Source: Candidatus Omnitrophota bacterium (GTDB taxonomy: Bacteria > Omnitrophota > Gorgyraeia > Duberdicusellales > 4484-171). From it: 64,000 bases of DNA. Of this stretch, positions 18,844-28,964 are shown one piece after another (positions within the stretch are counted from its first letter, which is position 1; each line of letters begins with the position of its first letter). The notes under the pieces were generated by a model. That model saw only the letters and a program-made list of their open reading frames with translations. It was not told where the DNA came from and made no database searches. The position numbers and the translations under genes are program-made. The stretch is from contig JBAWWL010000003.1 of assembly GCA_037146775.1 (NCBI GenBank), forward strand, positions 66,334-130,333. The letters are read 5' to 3'.

Positions 18844-20089
18844 AGTTATTCCTTATGGCCGGCAATCCATTGATGAAAAAGATATTAGGGTAGTCATTGA
18901 TGTTTTAAGATCTGATTGGCTCACTCAAGGCCCAAAGATAAAAGAATTTGAATCAGCGCTTTGCCAGTATACAGGCGCTAAGTATGCAGTAGTGGTTTCA
19001 AATGGTACAGCAGCGCTGCATCTTGCTTGCCTTGCCGCTGGTATCGGTAAGGGCGATCGGGTTATTACTTCTCCCATAACCTTTGCCGCTTCGGCAAACT
19101 CTATTCTTTATGCAGGTGGCACGCCGGTTTTTATCGACGTAGACCAAGAGATTGTCAATATCAGTCCAGAAAAGATTCAACATTACATAGAACATACCAA
19201 CATAAAACTTAACAACAAACTTAAGGCCATCATTCCTGTCCATTTTGCCGGTTACCCTTGCGAGATGGAAAAAATTTACCAGATAGCCAAAAAATATAAC
19301 TTAATTATCATTGAAGACGCAGCGCATGCTTTAGGCGCAAAATATAAAATTAACGAATTAACGGGTTCACTGGTTAAAGAATTTAATAAGAAAAACAAAG
19401 AAAAATGGATAAAAATAGGTAGTTGTCAACACTCCAATATGACTATCTTTAGTTTTCATCCGGTAAAATCTATTACTACTGGTGAAGGAGGAGCAGTTTT
19501 AACTAATAATAAAGAATTATATGAAAAACTTCTGATGTTACGTAATCACGGGATTACCCGTAATCATAAGAAATTCGTTAATCCGTTAATGCGCAAATCC
19601 GTTAATCCTTTATGGTATTATGAAATGCAGATGCTCGGGTTTAATTACCGTATCACCGATATTCAGGCGGCATTAGGAATCTCTCAGCTTAAAAAATTAG
19701 ACACATTTATAACAAAACGGCACCATATTGCGCAAGTTTACGATAAGGCCTTTAGATGTAACCCATATTTTACAATTCCTACCGAGCGAGAATATTTGTA
19801 TTCAGCATATCATCTTTATCAAATACGTCTTAATGACAAACTCATGATACAAAAAACAAATATATTTCGCGAACTGATTAAGCAGGGGATACGAACACAA
19901 GTGCACTATATCCCAGTTTATCTGCACCCGTATTATCAGCAACGCAACTTCAAGAAAGGTTTGTGTCTTCAGGCGGAAGATTTTTATAAAAGAGAAATAA
20001 GTTTACCTATTTATCCAACTTTGAATATTAAGCAAACAAAATATATAATTAATAATCTTTTAAGTATATGCAAAAAATATAATGGATAA
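18830..20089 (+). CDS. pseC: UDP-4-amino-4,6-dideoxy-N-acetyl-beta-L-altrosamine transaminase, PseC-like (DegT family)
   Basis: IPYGRQSIDEKDIRVVIDVLRSDWLTQGPK N-terminus typical of PseC, with DegT motifs. It carries an internal ~40-aa insertion relative to typical PseC. Confidence 0.75.
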   Translation: MPKLEVIPYGRQSIDEKDIRVVIDVLRSDWLTQGPKIKEFESALCQYTGAKYAVVVSNGTAALHLACLAAGIGKGDRVITSPITFAASANSILYAGGTPVFIDVDQEIVNISPEKIQHYIEHTNIKLNNKLKAIIPVHFAGYPCEMEKIYQIAKKYNLIIIEDAAHALGAKYKINELTGSLVKEFNKKNKEKWIKIGSCQHSNMTIFSFHPVKSITTGEGGAVLTNNKELYEKLLMLRNHGITRNHKKFVNPLMRKSVNPLWYYEMQMLGFNYRITDIQAALGISQLKKLDTFITKRHHIAQVYDKAFRCNPYFTIPTEREYLYSAYHLYQIRLNDKLMIQKTNIFRELIKQGIRTQVHYIPVYLHPYYQQRNFKKGLCLQAEDFYKREISLPIYPTLNIKQTKYIINNLLSICKKYNG

Positions 20090-21734
20090 AATCGTTTTAG
20101 GAACAGCACAATTTGGCATGAATTATGGCATTAATAATACACGAGGCAAAATTCCGCCCTCCGAGGTTGCTGTAATAATAAAAAAAGCTGTCGAACACAA
20201 TATTAATATACTTGATACCGCTTGGGATTATGGTATAGCTGAGGCAGTTATAGGCAAGATCATAAAACAATATGATCTTAGGCTAAGGATTATATCAAAA
20301 TTTCCTGTCTGTAAACAACCGCAAGTAAAAATGTTTTTGGCCTCTTCTCTAAAGACATTACGGTGCCAGTCTTTGTATGGATATCTGTTGCATGATTTCC
20401 AAGCCTATCAGAAAGATAAAAATATTTGGCAGGAATTGTTACGTCTTAAGCAAAACGGAAAAATAAAAAAAATAGGCTTTTCTCTTTATTACCCTTCTGA
20501 TCTATATAGCATTTTCAAAGACAATATAAAAGTTGATATTATTCAAATTCCTTTCAATGTCTTTGATCAACGATTTAAGCCATATCTAGCAGAGCTTAAA
20601 AAAAGGAACATAGAAATTTATGCCCGGTCTGTATTTTTACAAGGATTAATATTTAAAAAATCTTCTGAATTGAATGATTCTTTCGAACCCTTGCAGAAAA
20701 AAGCAGATGTTTTGTCTGCTCTGTCCGATAAACTGGACATTCCACTTCTTGCAATATGCCTTAATTTTGTAATTGGGCAAAAACTAATTGATAAAGTTAT
20801 AGTGGGTGTTGATAGTTCAGAACATTTGAGTGAGATACTGCTGGCACAGAATTATTTTTCCAAAATAGCAAGTATTACTCCTCAGCTTGAACAATTAGCG
20901 GTAAACGAGGAAAAAATAATACTTCCTGTCAACTGGAAAGATACACATAAGGCCGAACATAAAGAAAAAGTTATTGCTATTATTCAGGCGCGTACGAGTT
21001 CTACGCGTCTTGCAGCAAAAGTACTACTTAATTTGGAAGGCAAAACAGTTTTGGAACACGTAATAGAAAGAGTAGAGCAGGCAAAATTAGTTGATGAAGT
21101 AATTGTAGCTACCACTTTTGACAAGAATGATTTAAAACTAGTTGATGTTTGTTCGCAAAGAGGAACTCGTGTGTTTTGTGGTTCGCGAGACGACGTTTTA
21201 GACCGTTATTATCAAGCTGCCCGGCTAACCAATCCGACTCACGTCGTTAGAATTACGGCAGACTGCCCGATTATAGACCCAAAAGTTATTGATGAAACCA
21301 TTGCTGTACATTTAGCTAAAAAAGTAGATTATACGGGTAACAGAACAGAAAGTATGGGTTTTCCCGACGGCCAAGACGTAGAGGTTTTTAAGTTCGAAGC
21401 CCTAGAGAAAGCCTGGCGAGGTGCGAGGTTATCATCTGAGCGTGAACATGTTACTCCCTACATCAAGAATCATCCGGAATTATTTAAATTCGGATATCAC
21501 AATTGTTTTACCAATCTTTATCATAAGAGATGGACGCTAGATAGAGAAGATGATTTTCTATTTATAAAATTACTATATAAGAAGCTTTACAGGAAAAATA
21601 ATTTTTTTGGTATGAAAGAAATATTAAGTTTACTTAAAGAACATCCAGAATACGAAAAGATCAATGATTGGATATTATTAAATGAGGGATATATTAAATC
21701 TTTACGGGAAGATAAGATTGTAAAGACAGATTAA
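20082..21734 (+). CDS. fusion protein: N-terminal aldo/keto reductase plus C-terminal SpsF/PseF-like cytidylyltransferase (CTP_transf_3)
   Basis: AKR signature LGTAQFGMNYG...LDTAWDYG in residues 1 to ~280. The C-terminal half reads IIQARTSSTRLAAKVLLNLEGKTVLEHVIERV, typical of SpsF/FlmC/PseF cytidylyltransferases. Confidence 0.65.
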   Translation: MDKIVLGTAQFGMNYGINNTRGKIPPSEVAVIIKKAVEHNINILDTAWDYGIAEAVIGKIIKQYDLRLRIISKFPVCKQPQVKMFLASSLKTLRCQSLYGYLLHDFQAYQKDKNIWQELLRLKQNGKIKKIGFSLYYPSDLYSIFKDNIKVDIIQIPFNVFDQRFKPYLAELKKRNIEIYARSVFLQGLIFKKSSELNDSFEPLQKKADVLSALSDKLDIPLLAICLNFVIGQKLIDKVIVGVDSSEHLSEILLAQNYFSKIASITPQLEQLAVNEEKIILPVNWKDTHKAEHKEKVIAIIQARTSSTRLAAKVLLNLEGKTVLEHVIERVEQAKLVDEVIVATTFDKNDLKLVDVCSQRGTRVFCGSRDDVLDRYYQAARLTNPTHVVRITADCPIIDPKVIDETIAVHLAKKVDYTGNRTESMGFPDGQDVEVFKFEALEKAWRGARLSSEREHVTPYIKNHPELFKFGYHNCFTNLYHKRWTLDREDDFLFIKLLYKKLYRKNNFFGMKEILSLLKEHPEYEKINDWILLNEGYIKSLREDKIVKTD

Positions 21735-21737
21735 AAT

Positions 21738-23048
21738 ATGGGGAAAGGCCAGAAATTATATAAAGAAGCAAAAAGAATAATTCCTGGGGGGACACAGCTC
21801 CTTTCCAAGAGGCCGGAAATGTTGTTGCCGGATCTTTGGCCGGCTTATTACAGTAAGGCTCGGGGTTGTGAAGTCTGGGACTTGGATAATAACAAATATA
21901 TAGATATGAGCTATATGGGTATTGGCTCGTGCATATTAGGATATGCCGATAAAGATGTAAATAAAGCGGTTAAGCAAGCCGTTAATAACGGTAGTATGTC
22001 TACCCTCAACGCTCCCGAAGAGGTTGAATTGGCTAAGCTTCTTTGTGGGCTTCATCCCTGGGCTCGTATGGTGCGATACGCGCGTTGTGGTGGTGAATCT
22101 ATGGCTATTGCCGTTAGAATTGCCCGTGCTGCAGCCAAAAAAGACGTGATTTTATTTTGTGGGTATCATGGTTGGCATGATTGGTATTTGGCAGCAAATT
22201 TAGCTTCAAACCAAGCGCTTAATGGCCATCTTATTGCTGGCTTAAACCCTTTAGGTGTACCCAGAAAACTAAAAGGAACATCTTATCCTTTTAAATATAA
22301 TGATACAGAAAGTTTTTTAAGGCTGGTTGATAAGTACAGAAATAAAATTGGCGTTATAATAATGGAGCCCATAAGAAGCCAAGAGCCCGATGAAAAATTT
22401 ATTCAAACTATTAACAAGATTGCCAAAGATTTAAAGGCGGTATTAGTGATAGATGAAATAACCGCCGGGTTTAAGCTTACTACTGGAGGAGCGCATTTAT
22501 TGTTCGGTTTAGAGCCGGACATTGCAGTATTTGCTAAGGCCATGAGTAATGGTTTTCCTATGGCCGCGATAATTGGGAAGGAAAAAATAATGCAAGTAGC
22601 CCAAGAAACTTTTATCAGTAGCACTTATTGGACTGACAGAATCGGTCCGGTAGCGGCTTTGGCGACTATCAAAAAAATACAAAAAAATAAAGTTCCGCAG
22701 TATTTAATAAAAATTGGAAAAGAAATGAGAGAAGGATGGAAAAAGCTTGCGCTTTGTCATGGGCTCAAACTTGAATTCTCCGGAATATTGCCTTTGGGCC
22801 ATTTTTCTTTCCAACACGAAAATCCCATTGTTTTGAAAACTCTTTTTACTCAACTCATGCTTGAAGAGGGTTTTCTTGCTACCACTGCATTTTTTGCTTC
22901 TTATTCCCACAAGGAGGAGCACATGGAGAAATATTTTAATGCTGTTGATAAAGCCTTTAGTTTTCTTAGTAGGGCGATAAAGGAAGGCAACCCCAAAAGA
23001 TATTTAAAAGGTCCCGTTTGTCATAGCGGTTTTCAAAGATTAACCTAA
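21738..23048 (+). CDS. class III PLP aminotransferase (glutamate-1-semialdehyde aminomutase-like)
   Basis: Class-III aminotransferase architecture (LLFGLEPDIAVFAKAMSNGFPMAAIIG lysine region). It is embedded between pse genes. Confidence 0.7.
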   Translation: MGKGQKLYKEAKRIIPGGTQLLSKRPEMLLPDLWPAYYSKARGCEVWDLDNNKYIDMSYMGIGSCILGYADKDVNKAVKQAVNNGSMSTLNAPEEVELAKLLCGLHPWARMVRYARCGGESMAIAVRIARAAAKKDVILFCGYHGWHDWYLAANLASNQALNGHLIAGLNPLGVPRKLKGTSYPFKYNDTESFLRLVDKYRNKIGVIIMEPIRSQEPDEKFIQTINKIAKDLKAVLVIDEITAGFKLTTGGAHLLFGLEPDIAVFAKAMSNGFPMAAIIGKEKIMQVAQETFISSTYWTDRIGPVAALATIKKIQKNKVPQYLIKIGKEMREGWKKLALCHGLKLEFSGILPLGHFSFQHENPIVLKTLFTQLMLEEGFLATTAFFASYSHKEEHMEKYFNAVDKAFSFLSRAIKEGNPKRYLKGPVCHSGFQRLT

Positions 23049-23061
23049 AAAAGTCTAGCAC

Positions 23062-23916
23062 ATGCCAGTTAAATTTATAGCTGAAGTTTCTAGTAACCAC
23101 AACAAAGATTTAAAGCGTTGCCTAAGATTTATTGATGTAGCAGCAAAAATAGGCTGTGATGCGGTAAAATTCCAGTTATTTAAAATAGAAAGGCTTTTTG
23201 CGTCAGAGGTTTTAAAGAAGAATAAAGATATTCAAAAAAGAAAACAATGGGAATTACCTATTGGTTTTTTACCCCGCCTATACAAACGAAGCAAAAAAAT
23301 AGGATTGCAATTTGGCTGCACACCATTTTATATGGAGGCAGTAGACGAGCTAAAGCCGTACGTAGACTTTTACAAGATATCGTCTTATGATTTATTGAGG
23401 CTAGATTTAATCAAAGCGTGTGGATTAACAGGTATTCCGGTAATTCTGTCAACGGGAATGGCAAACATGGCAGAAATAAAAGAAGCTGTTGATGCCTTGC
23501 GTTTAGTTAAAACCAAAGATATTTCGTTGCTCCATTGCGTGTCAAATTACCCCACTTTAGTAAAAGATTGTAATTTAGCTGTGATTAATACCTTAAGGGA
23601 TAAATTTAGATGTAAAGTAGGCTGGTCCGACCATACGGTGTCAGATATTGTTTTATTTCGGGCAGTTTATACATGGAATGCCGAAATTATTGAATTTCAT
23701 TTCGATTTAGATACTAAAGGAAGAGAATTTAATATTGGACATTGTTGGTTGCCTGAGCAAATTTCCTCAGTAATTAAAAAAATAAAAGAAGGACAATTTG
23801 CTGACGGAAAAGGCGTTAAGGAGCCGAAAGTCTGTGAGTTACGAGAAAGAAACTGGCGGGCAGATTATCACGATGGTCTAAGGCCTTTAATGGAAACACG
23901 CAAGAGATTGAAATAA
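23062..23916 (+). CDS. NeuB/PseI/SpsE-family nonulosonic acid synthase (short form lacking the C-terminal SAF domain)
   Basis: FIAEVSSNHNKDLKRCLRFIDVAAKIGCDAVKFQLFK matches the NeuB N-terminal TIM-barrel. At 284 aa it is shorter than the ~340-aa NeuB/PseI, which carry the antifreeze-like domain. Confidence 0.7.
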   Translation: MPVKFIAEVSSNHNKDLKRCLRFIDVAAKIGCDAVKFQLFKIERLFASEVLKKNKDIQKRKQWELPIGFLPRLYKRSKKIGLQFGCTPFYMEAVDELKPYVDFYKISSYDLLRLDLIKACGLTGIPVILSTGMANMAEIKEAVDALRLVKTKDISLLHCVSNYPTLVKDCNLAVINTLRDKFRCKVGWSDHTVSDIVLFRAVYTWNAEIIEFHFDLDTKGREFNIGHCWLPEQISSVIKKIKEGQFADGKGVKEPKVCELRERNWRADYHDGLRPLMETRKRLK

Positions 23917-23924
23917 TAATTAGT

Positions 23925-24050
23925 GGAGTCTCGCGGACTAAAGTCCATGGCTCCCTACTGAGCAGAAATCTCAAAAGAGCATTCATTCCCCGGGTTCGCC
24001 GCCAAAGGCGGCAGGCCCGAGGATTTCTGCGAAGGATTAAAACACCCGCT
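23925..24050. repeat. GC-rich intergenic hairpin region (GCCGCC-AAA-GGCGGC) between the synthase and pseG-like genes
   Basis: A local GC-rich island in an AT-rich genome, with a perfect 6-bp stem and a shared CTGCGAAGG-like motif also seen in elements C and E. Confidence 0.4.
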
Positions 24051-24054
24051 TTTG

Positions 24055-25086
24055 ATGAAAAAAACAATAATTATCCGCTGTGACGGAGATTCGCAAGTTG
24101 GATTGGGGCATATTTATCGCTGTATTGCTCTTGCTGATGAGCTTCGAAAAACCTATAGATGTAAGATAATATTTGCGTTGATAAGAGGAAAAGAGGGTAT
24201 AGATTTAATTAAACAAGCACATTATTTCTTAGAGAAAAAACCTTTAAATATTAATGAAGAAAACTGGCTTAATACAATTATCAAACAATATGCACCCAGC
24301 ATTTTAATCTTTGATATTCGTACAGATCTTTCACGAGCGGCTCTTGAGGGTTGGCGTAATAGCAAAATGTTAACCGTTATTATAGACGATACGAGCTCAC
24401 GGCGTCTTGCTGGCAATTTAGTTTTTTGTCCGCCCGTTAGGCAAATAAAAAAATTAGATTGGAAAAATTTTAAAGGTAAATTATATACAGGCTGGAAATG
24501 GGTAATATTAAGAAAAGAGTTTGCCAAGAATTATCCAAAACGTATTAATAAAATACCACAGGTATTAGTCACTATGGGTGGCAGCGATCCACAGGCAATG
24601 ACACTCAAGACAATTAAAGCATTAGATTTTTTACGAGACAATTTTAATACGGTTGTCGTATTGGGTGCTGGATTCAAGCGCAACAAAGAATTACGCGTAT
24701 TACTATATAAAGCATATCGGCCGTTTGTGATTAGAAGAAATGTAAAAAATATAGCACAAATTATGTCAAAGGTTGATTTAGCCGTTGCTTCTTTTGGGGT
24801 AACGGCGTATGAGCTCGCGGCAATAAAGGTTCCGGCTATATATCTGTGTCTGACAAAAGACCACGCGCAGTCTGCAAAAACTTTTACTAATACCGGTATG
24901 GCCATATCGGTAGGGGTGCATAATAAGGTGCAAGAACAATTATTAGCGAAAAAAGTGCATCTCTTGCTGCGAGAAAAAATAGCTAGAGATAAAATGAAAA
25001 GCCGATGTTATAAAAAGATAGACGCCCAGGGCGCAGAACGTATTGCTGCTGTTATCATAAATGCTGTGGAGGCTACTTATGGGTGA
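24055..25086 (+). CDS. pseG: PseG-like UDP-2,4-diacetamido-2,4,6-trideoxy-hexose hydrolase (GT28-like fold)
   Basis: IIIRCDGDSQVGLGHIYRCIALADEL matches the PseG N-terminal signature (RxDxxxxxGxGHxxR). The C-terminal half is MurG-like. Confidence 0.65.
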   Translation: MKKTIIIRCDGDSQVGLGHIYRCIALADELRKTYRCKIIFALIRGKEGIDLIKQAHYFLEKKPLNINEENWLNTIIKQYAPSILIFDIRTDLSRAALEGWRNSKMLTVIIDDTSSRRLAGNLVFCPPVRQIKKLDWKNFKGKLYTGWKWVILRKEFAKNYPKRINKIPQVLVTMGGSDPQAMTLKTIKALDFLRDNFNTVVVLGAGFKRNKELRVLLYKAYRPFVIRRNVKNIAQIMSKVDLAVASFGVTAYELAAIKVPAIYLCLTKDHAQSAKTFTNTGMAISVGVHNKVQEQLLAKKVHLLLREKIARDKMKSRCYKKIDAQGAERIAAVIINAVEATYG

Positions 25087-25993
25087 TACAAAATCTTGGA
25101 AGAAGCATAAAGGTTGTTTATTGGATTCCGAAAAAGGGTTTGATGTTATAGATTGTTTAACTTGCGGTTTTAAGCACATTATTCCTATACCCACTTTCAA
25201 TGAATTAAAATCTGTTTATCGTCACCAATATTATACTCTTGAAAAACCATTATATTTAGAGCGCCACAGAGAAGACTTAGATTGGTGGAATTTGGTATAT
25301 AGCGAGCGTTACGATATTTTTGAAAAAGAATTATCTCTTAAGCACCGCATGATCTTAGATATAGGTTCAGGTCCGGGTTTTTTTCTTTTACATGGTAAGC
25401 AGCGCGGATGGGAAACGTTAGGTATTGAGCCATCTAAAAAAGCTGCTATGCATAGTAAGGAATTAGGGCTAAACATTCGAGAAGATTTCTTGACAAAAAA
25501 AACTGCTAAACAATTAGGTAAATTTGACGTAGTTCATCTTAGCGAGGTTATTGAGCATATTTCTGATCCTAAGGGGCTTTTGTGTTTAGTAAGAAGCATA
25601 TTGAATCCAGGAGGGCTTATTTGTGTTGTTGCGCCTAACGACTACAATCCCTTTCAGTATGTTTTAAGAAAGGCGTGTGGTTTTAAGCCTTGGTGGGTTG
25701 CCCCACCGCACCATATAAATTATTTTGATTTTGATTCTTTAAGTAAATTATTAAAGAATAGCGGATTTAAAATAATTTCTTGCGAAGCCACCTTTCCTAT
25801 AGATATTTTTCTTTTGATGGGAGATAATTATGTTAATAATGAGGTGCTTGGGAGACAGTGCCATACTAAGCGTAAACAATTTGAGCTAAATTTATGCAAA
25901 GCTGGTATGAAAAGTATTTATAAAAAACTATATCAACGATTAGCGGAAATGAAGATTGGACGCGAAATCGTAGTTTATGGTCGCAAGGTTTGA
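25079..25993 (+). CDS. class I SAM-dependent methyltransferase with a zinc ribbon
   Basis: CLTCGFKH ribbon and motif I LDIGSGPGFF. The ATG at 25079 gives an ATGA overlap with the pseG stop. Confidence 0.7.
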   Translation: MGDTKSWKKHKGCLLDSEKGFDVIDCLTCGFKHIIPIPTFNELKSVYRHQYYTLEKPLYLERHREDLDWWNLVYSERYDIFEKELSLKHRMILDIGSGPGFFLLHGKQRGWETLGIEPSKKAAMHSKELGLNIREDFLTKKTAKQLGKFDVVHLSEVIEHISDPKGLLCLVRSILNPGGLICVVAPNDYNPFQYVLRKACGFKPWWVAPPHHINYFDFDSLSKLLKNSGFKIISCEATFPIDIFLLMGDNYVNNEVLGRQCHTKRKQFELNLCKAGMKSIYKKLYQRLAEMKIGREIVVYGRKV

Positions 25994-26081
25994 AAGAGAC
26001 ATGGGAGTGGTCAAGCTCCATAATTTTTATTCGATTTTTTTCTGATGACAGGGATAGGCGTCGGTAAAGAGGAGAAATAGT

Positions 26082-27293
26082 ATGATGCAAAGTATCCCGC
26101 CAACCAGTAGAGAATGTTTTATCTGCGCGAGTTCTGAGCAAGAAGTAATTGAAGATTTCCTAGGAGCCGCCTTGTTTGTTATGGATGATTTTTATTCAAT
26201 TGATATTAAAAAAGTTCTTTGTAAACAATGTGGACTAATTTATGCGTCACATTATTTAGGTGTTGAGCATCTTGAGCGGTTGTATGTATCTATGAATGCT
26301 GGGCCGGAGAATCTCACCTATCGTTTTAGTGCGGCGCCTGATTATAATCAGTTTTTTGTAGATTCTTTGACAAAAATGTTTCCTAACAGACGAAGAAGGG
26401 TATTAGATGTTGGGTGCGGAAGGTGCCAAACCCTCGATCGTTTTAAATCTCTCGGCTGGGAAACGTACGGTGTCGATATTTCTCCACTTAGCCAGGATTT
26501 AGCTAAGAAGAAAGGACATTCGGTATGGTGTGGGGCATTTCAAGATATAGATTTTGGAGACATCCAATTTGAGGCCATTCTTTTTGAAGAATCACTGGAG
26601 CACATGTTGAATCCTAACTTTGTTTTAGAACGGGTCAATGAGTTATTAACGGATAGCGGGTTGATTGGAGTATCTTTGCCGGAATCGTATACATGTTTGA
26701 AGAGTAAGAATCTTTATGATATCTTACGAGACGATCATTGCAATCATTTCACCCCCGTTACTATTCGTAAATTGCTTACTTCAAAAGGACTGTACCCACT
26801 AGATATGTATTTAGATGTGGACGCGCCACTTCCTGATATGAAAGTAATAGCGTCTAAAAAACCAGTTTTTTCTTTATTAGTGGAAGGTTTTGAGGAAAAG
26901 CGTGATTTCTCACGAGAGGCCATGCAGTTATACTGGAAGATGAAGCAGGGCTTACGCGATGTTTTTTCAAAGGAGACATCCGGTTATAAACGAATCGTCG
27001 TCTATTGCGCCGGATCTTACGCAACGATTGTCTTGCCGGTTATCTGGGGAGATTATTCGAAGCGAGTAACGGCCTTTATTGATAATGATCTGCGAAAGTA
27101 CGGCAAGAGTCTTTACAATAAGCCAGTCTTACCTTCCCGGGATTTGAAAGATTTGAATCCGGACTGTATTGTCATTGCTAGTGAACAGTTTGAGAATGAA
27201 ATTTGTGGCAATATTTCTGAAGACATGCAAAGCGTTAAAATAATTAAAGCGCACCATTTTTTAAAAGACGTATTAAGTCAAATGGTAATTTGA
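26082..27293 (+). CDS. NDP-hexose C-methyltransferase-like protein (TylCIII/NovU architecture: Zn-binding domain, methyltransferase domain, C-methyltransferase C-terminal domain)
   Basis: N-terminal CFIC...CKQCG ribbon and motif I LDVGCGRCQT. C-terminal ~150 aa read RIVVYCAGSYATIVLPV...AFIDNDLRKYGKSLYNKPVLPSRDL...PDCIVIASEQFENEI, matching the pattern of the C-methyltransferase C-terminal domain (G.G..., D.N..K.G, PD..LI..W....EI). Confidence 0.5.
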   Translation: MMQSIPPTSRECFICASSEQEVIEDFLGAALFVMDDFYSIDIKKVLCKQCGLIYASHYLGVEHLERLYVSMNAGPENLTYRFSAAPDYNQFFVDSLTKMFPNRRRRVLDVGCGRCQTLDRFKSLGWETYGVDISPLSQDLAKKKGHSVWCGAFQDIDFGDIQFEAILFEESLEHMLNPNFVLERVNELLTDSGLIGVSLPESYTCLKSKNLYDILRDDHCNHFTPVTIRKLLTSKGLYPLDMYLDVDAPLPDMKVIASKKPVFSLLVEGFEEKRDFSREAMQLYWKMKQGLRDVFSKETSGYKRIVVYCAGSYATIVLPVIWGDYSKRVTAFIDNDLRKYGKSLYNKPVLPSRDLKDLNPDCIVIASEQFENEICGNISEDMQSVKIIKAHHFLKDVLSQMVI

Positions 27294-27316
27294 AGAGTTA
27301 GGGGGAGGCACTAATT

Positions 27317-28480
27317 ATGTTCCATAAATTTTTTTCAGACAATGAACTTGGTTTTTGGCGATTTTATTGCAATACAAAGATTTTTTTCGGGAGAGGCGAG
27401 GTCTTTAAAATATTGAGAGAAATTGTTAACTCTTTCGGTGGAAAAATCGGGGTTTTGACCGACGAGAATGTTAATCGACTGCATTTTACCGAAAATTTTC
27501 TAGCGGCGGTTCAAGACCAAATTAGCTCTGTACATTTTGCGGGGCGTGAAGCGAATTATTCGGATATCGAAAAAGTCGTTACGGCATTTAGGAAGTCGGA
27601 CGTTAAAACGATAATGGCAATCGGTGGTGGCAGCGTTTTAGATTCCGCAAAAGTCGCATCTGTGCTTGTGAACAATCCTATGGATATTACGGCTCTTCAT
27701 AATGTTTCTGAATTGGAGAATCCCAGAGTGCCATTGATAGCCATTCCGACTACGTTTGGAACCGGTTCGGAAGTGAATATGTATGCAGTTGTCAATAATG
27801 AATCGAACACGTTACGGACGTCAATTAAAAATTTTTTTTTAACTCCCGATATTGCGATTATTAATCCAGATGTTGCCAAGGAGACCCCAGTATCTCTAAA
27901 GTATGAGGTTGGCATTGACGCGTTTGTACATGCGCTTGAAGTTTTGACTTTAAAGCGAGAAATTTCTCCAGTTCAAATACCATTGATGAGATCAGCTATG
28001 GACCTATTCTTCCGGCATTTCAAAAATTATGTTGAGAATCCCCACGATGAAGACGAAGAGGCCATAGCCACCGCTTCTATTATAGCGGGAATTGGAGTTA
28101 ATAATTCTCGTTCAGGACTCATCCACTCCCTCGCGAATAAGTTTGCTAAACACCAGTGGTGTTCGCACCCGGTTTCTCTTATTCCTTTCATTTTACCTTG
28201 CTTGAGATTAAACTGGAGCTACGATCGAAAATATTTTCAAGACATGCCCTGGCAGGATTTCTATCGGCAAATGAAGGAAAGGATTTTATTTAGGCCCGCA
28301 GAAGAATTGTCTTGTCTTGCTATCAGTAAAGACATGATAGACGTTATGGCAGAAGAATGTTTAACGGATACTGTGATTCTAAAAGAGAATCCAGTCATTT
28401 TGAGCAAGCAGGTATTCAAGTTACTCTATGAGCAGGCATTATGTCTTGGCGGAAATATAAACTCTTGCCATGAAAGTTAA
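27317..28480 (+). CDS. iron-containing alcohol dehydrogenase family protein (DHQS/Fe-ADH superfamily)
   Basis: MAIGGGSVLDSAKV glycine-rich NAD(P)-binding motif of Fe-ADHs, plus the metal-binding His region. Confidence 0.65.
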   Translation: MFHKFFSDNELGFWRFYCNTKIFFGRGEVFKILREIVNSFGGKIGVLTDENVNRLHFTENFLAAVQDQISSVHFAGREANYSDIEKVVTAFRKSDVKTIMAIGGGSVLDSAKVASVLVNNPMDITALHNVSELENPRVPLIAIPTTFGTGSEVNMYAVVNNESNTLRTSIKNFFLTPDIAIINPDVAKETPVSLKYEVGIDAFVHALEVLTLKREISPVQIPLMRSAMDLFFRHFKNYVENPHDEDEEAIATASIIAGIGVNNSRSGLIHSLANKFAKHQWCSHPVSLIPFILPCLRLNWSYDRKYFQDMPWQDFYRQMKERILFRPAEELSCLAISKDMIDVMAEECLTDTVILKENPVILSKQVFKLLYEQALCLGGNINSCHES

Positions 28481-28727
28481 AAAAATACTTTTATTAGATT
28501 CCCCGTTTGTGCATTTTATGGGCGAAACGCAGCCGAGTGTGCCTTTAGGGCTGGCTTATCTTGCTGCTGTTTTGTTGAAGTTGGATCTTGAGGTAGCGGT
28601 TTACAATACAGATCTTGAACATCGTTCCGTAGTCATTGAAAGTGGCAAAAGATTTTTTGATGAAATATCGGCTTTCAATCAATACAGGGACGCGATCACT
28701 AATACGGAGCACTATTTATATAAATAA
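28470..28727 (+). pseudogene. 85-aa remnant resembling the N-terminal B12-binding region of the downstream radical SAM gene
   Basis: ILLLDSPFVHFMGETQPSVPLGLAYLAAVLLKLDLEV parallels IILIEPPISRPKDETVGIAAEVPMALVSLAATLLKRNHEV of the 28965 gene. It is followed by ~220 bp of non-coding sequence. Confidence 0.4.
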
Positions 28728-28964
28728 GTTTTTTATCGATCAATGTTCAGATGATAATTAAAAACAAAAATATTCCAGATCAAGAAATCAAGATTATAAA
28801 AAATGAGACAAAGAAGGAACTTTTAGATGAATTATCGCAGTATTCTTGCGTGAATTTTTATCAAAAGGCTAGTGACGATCCTAAAGGCCCGGAGATTTTG
28901 TCGAATCCCTGATCATTTTTGACTTATACCGGTCGAAGAATATTTTGTGGAGAAAGTTAACTCG

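Noticed and set aside
23925-24050. tmRNA, SRP RNA, RNase P RNA or 6S RNA in the GC-rich intergenic islands (also 49937-50100 and 59982-60318)
   Set aside because: I could not find the conserved cores I remember for these RNAs (the tmRNA GGGGCUGAUUCUGGAUUCGACGGG start and tag-reading frame, SRP domain IV GGAAGCAGCCAAGGCAG-like motif, RNase P P4 elements). These regions also share modules with a dispersed repeat family, so I call them repeats, pending an Rfam scan.
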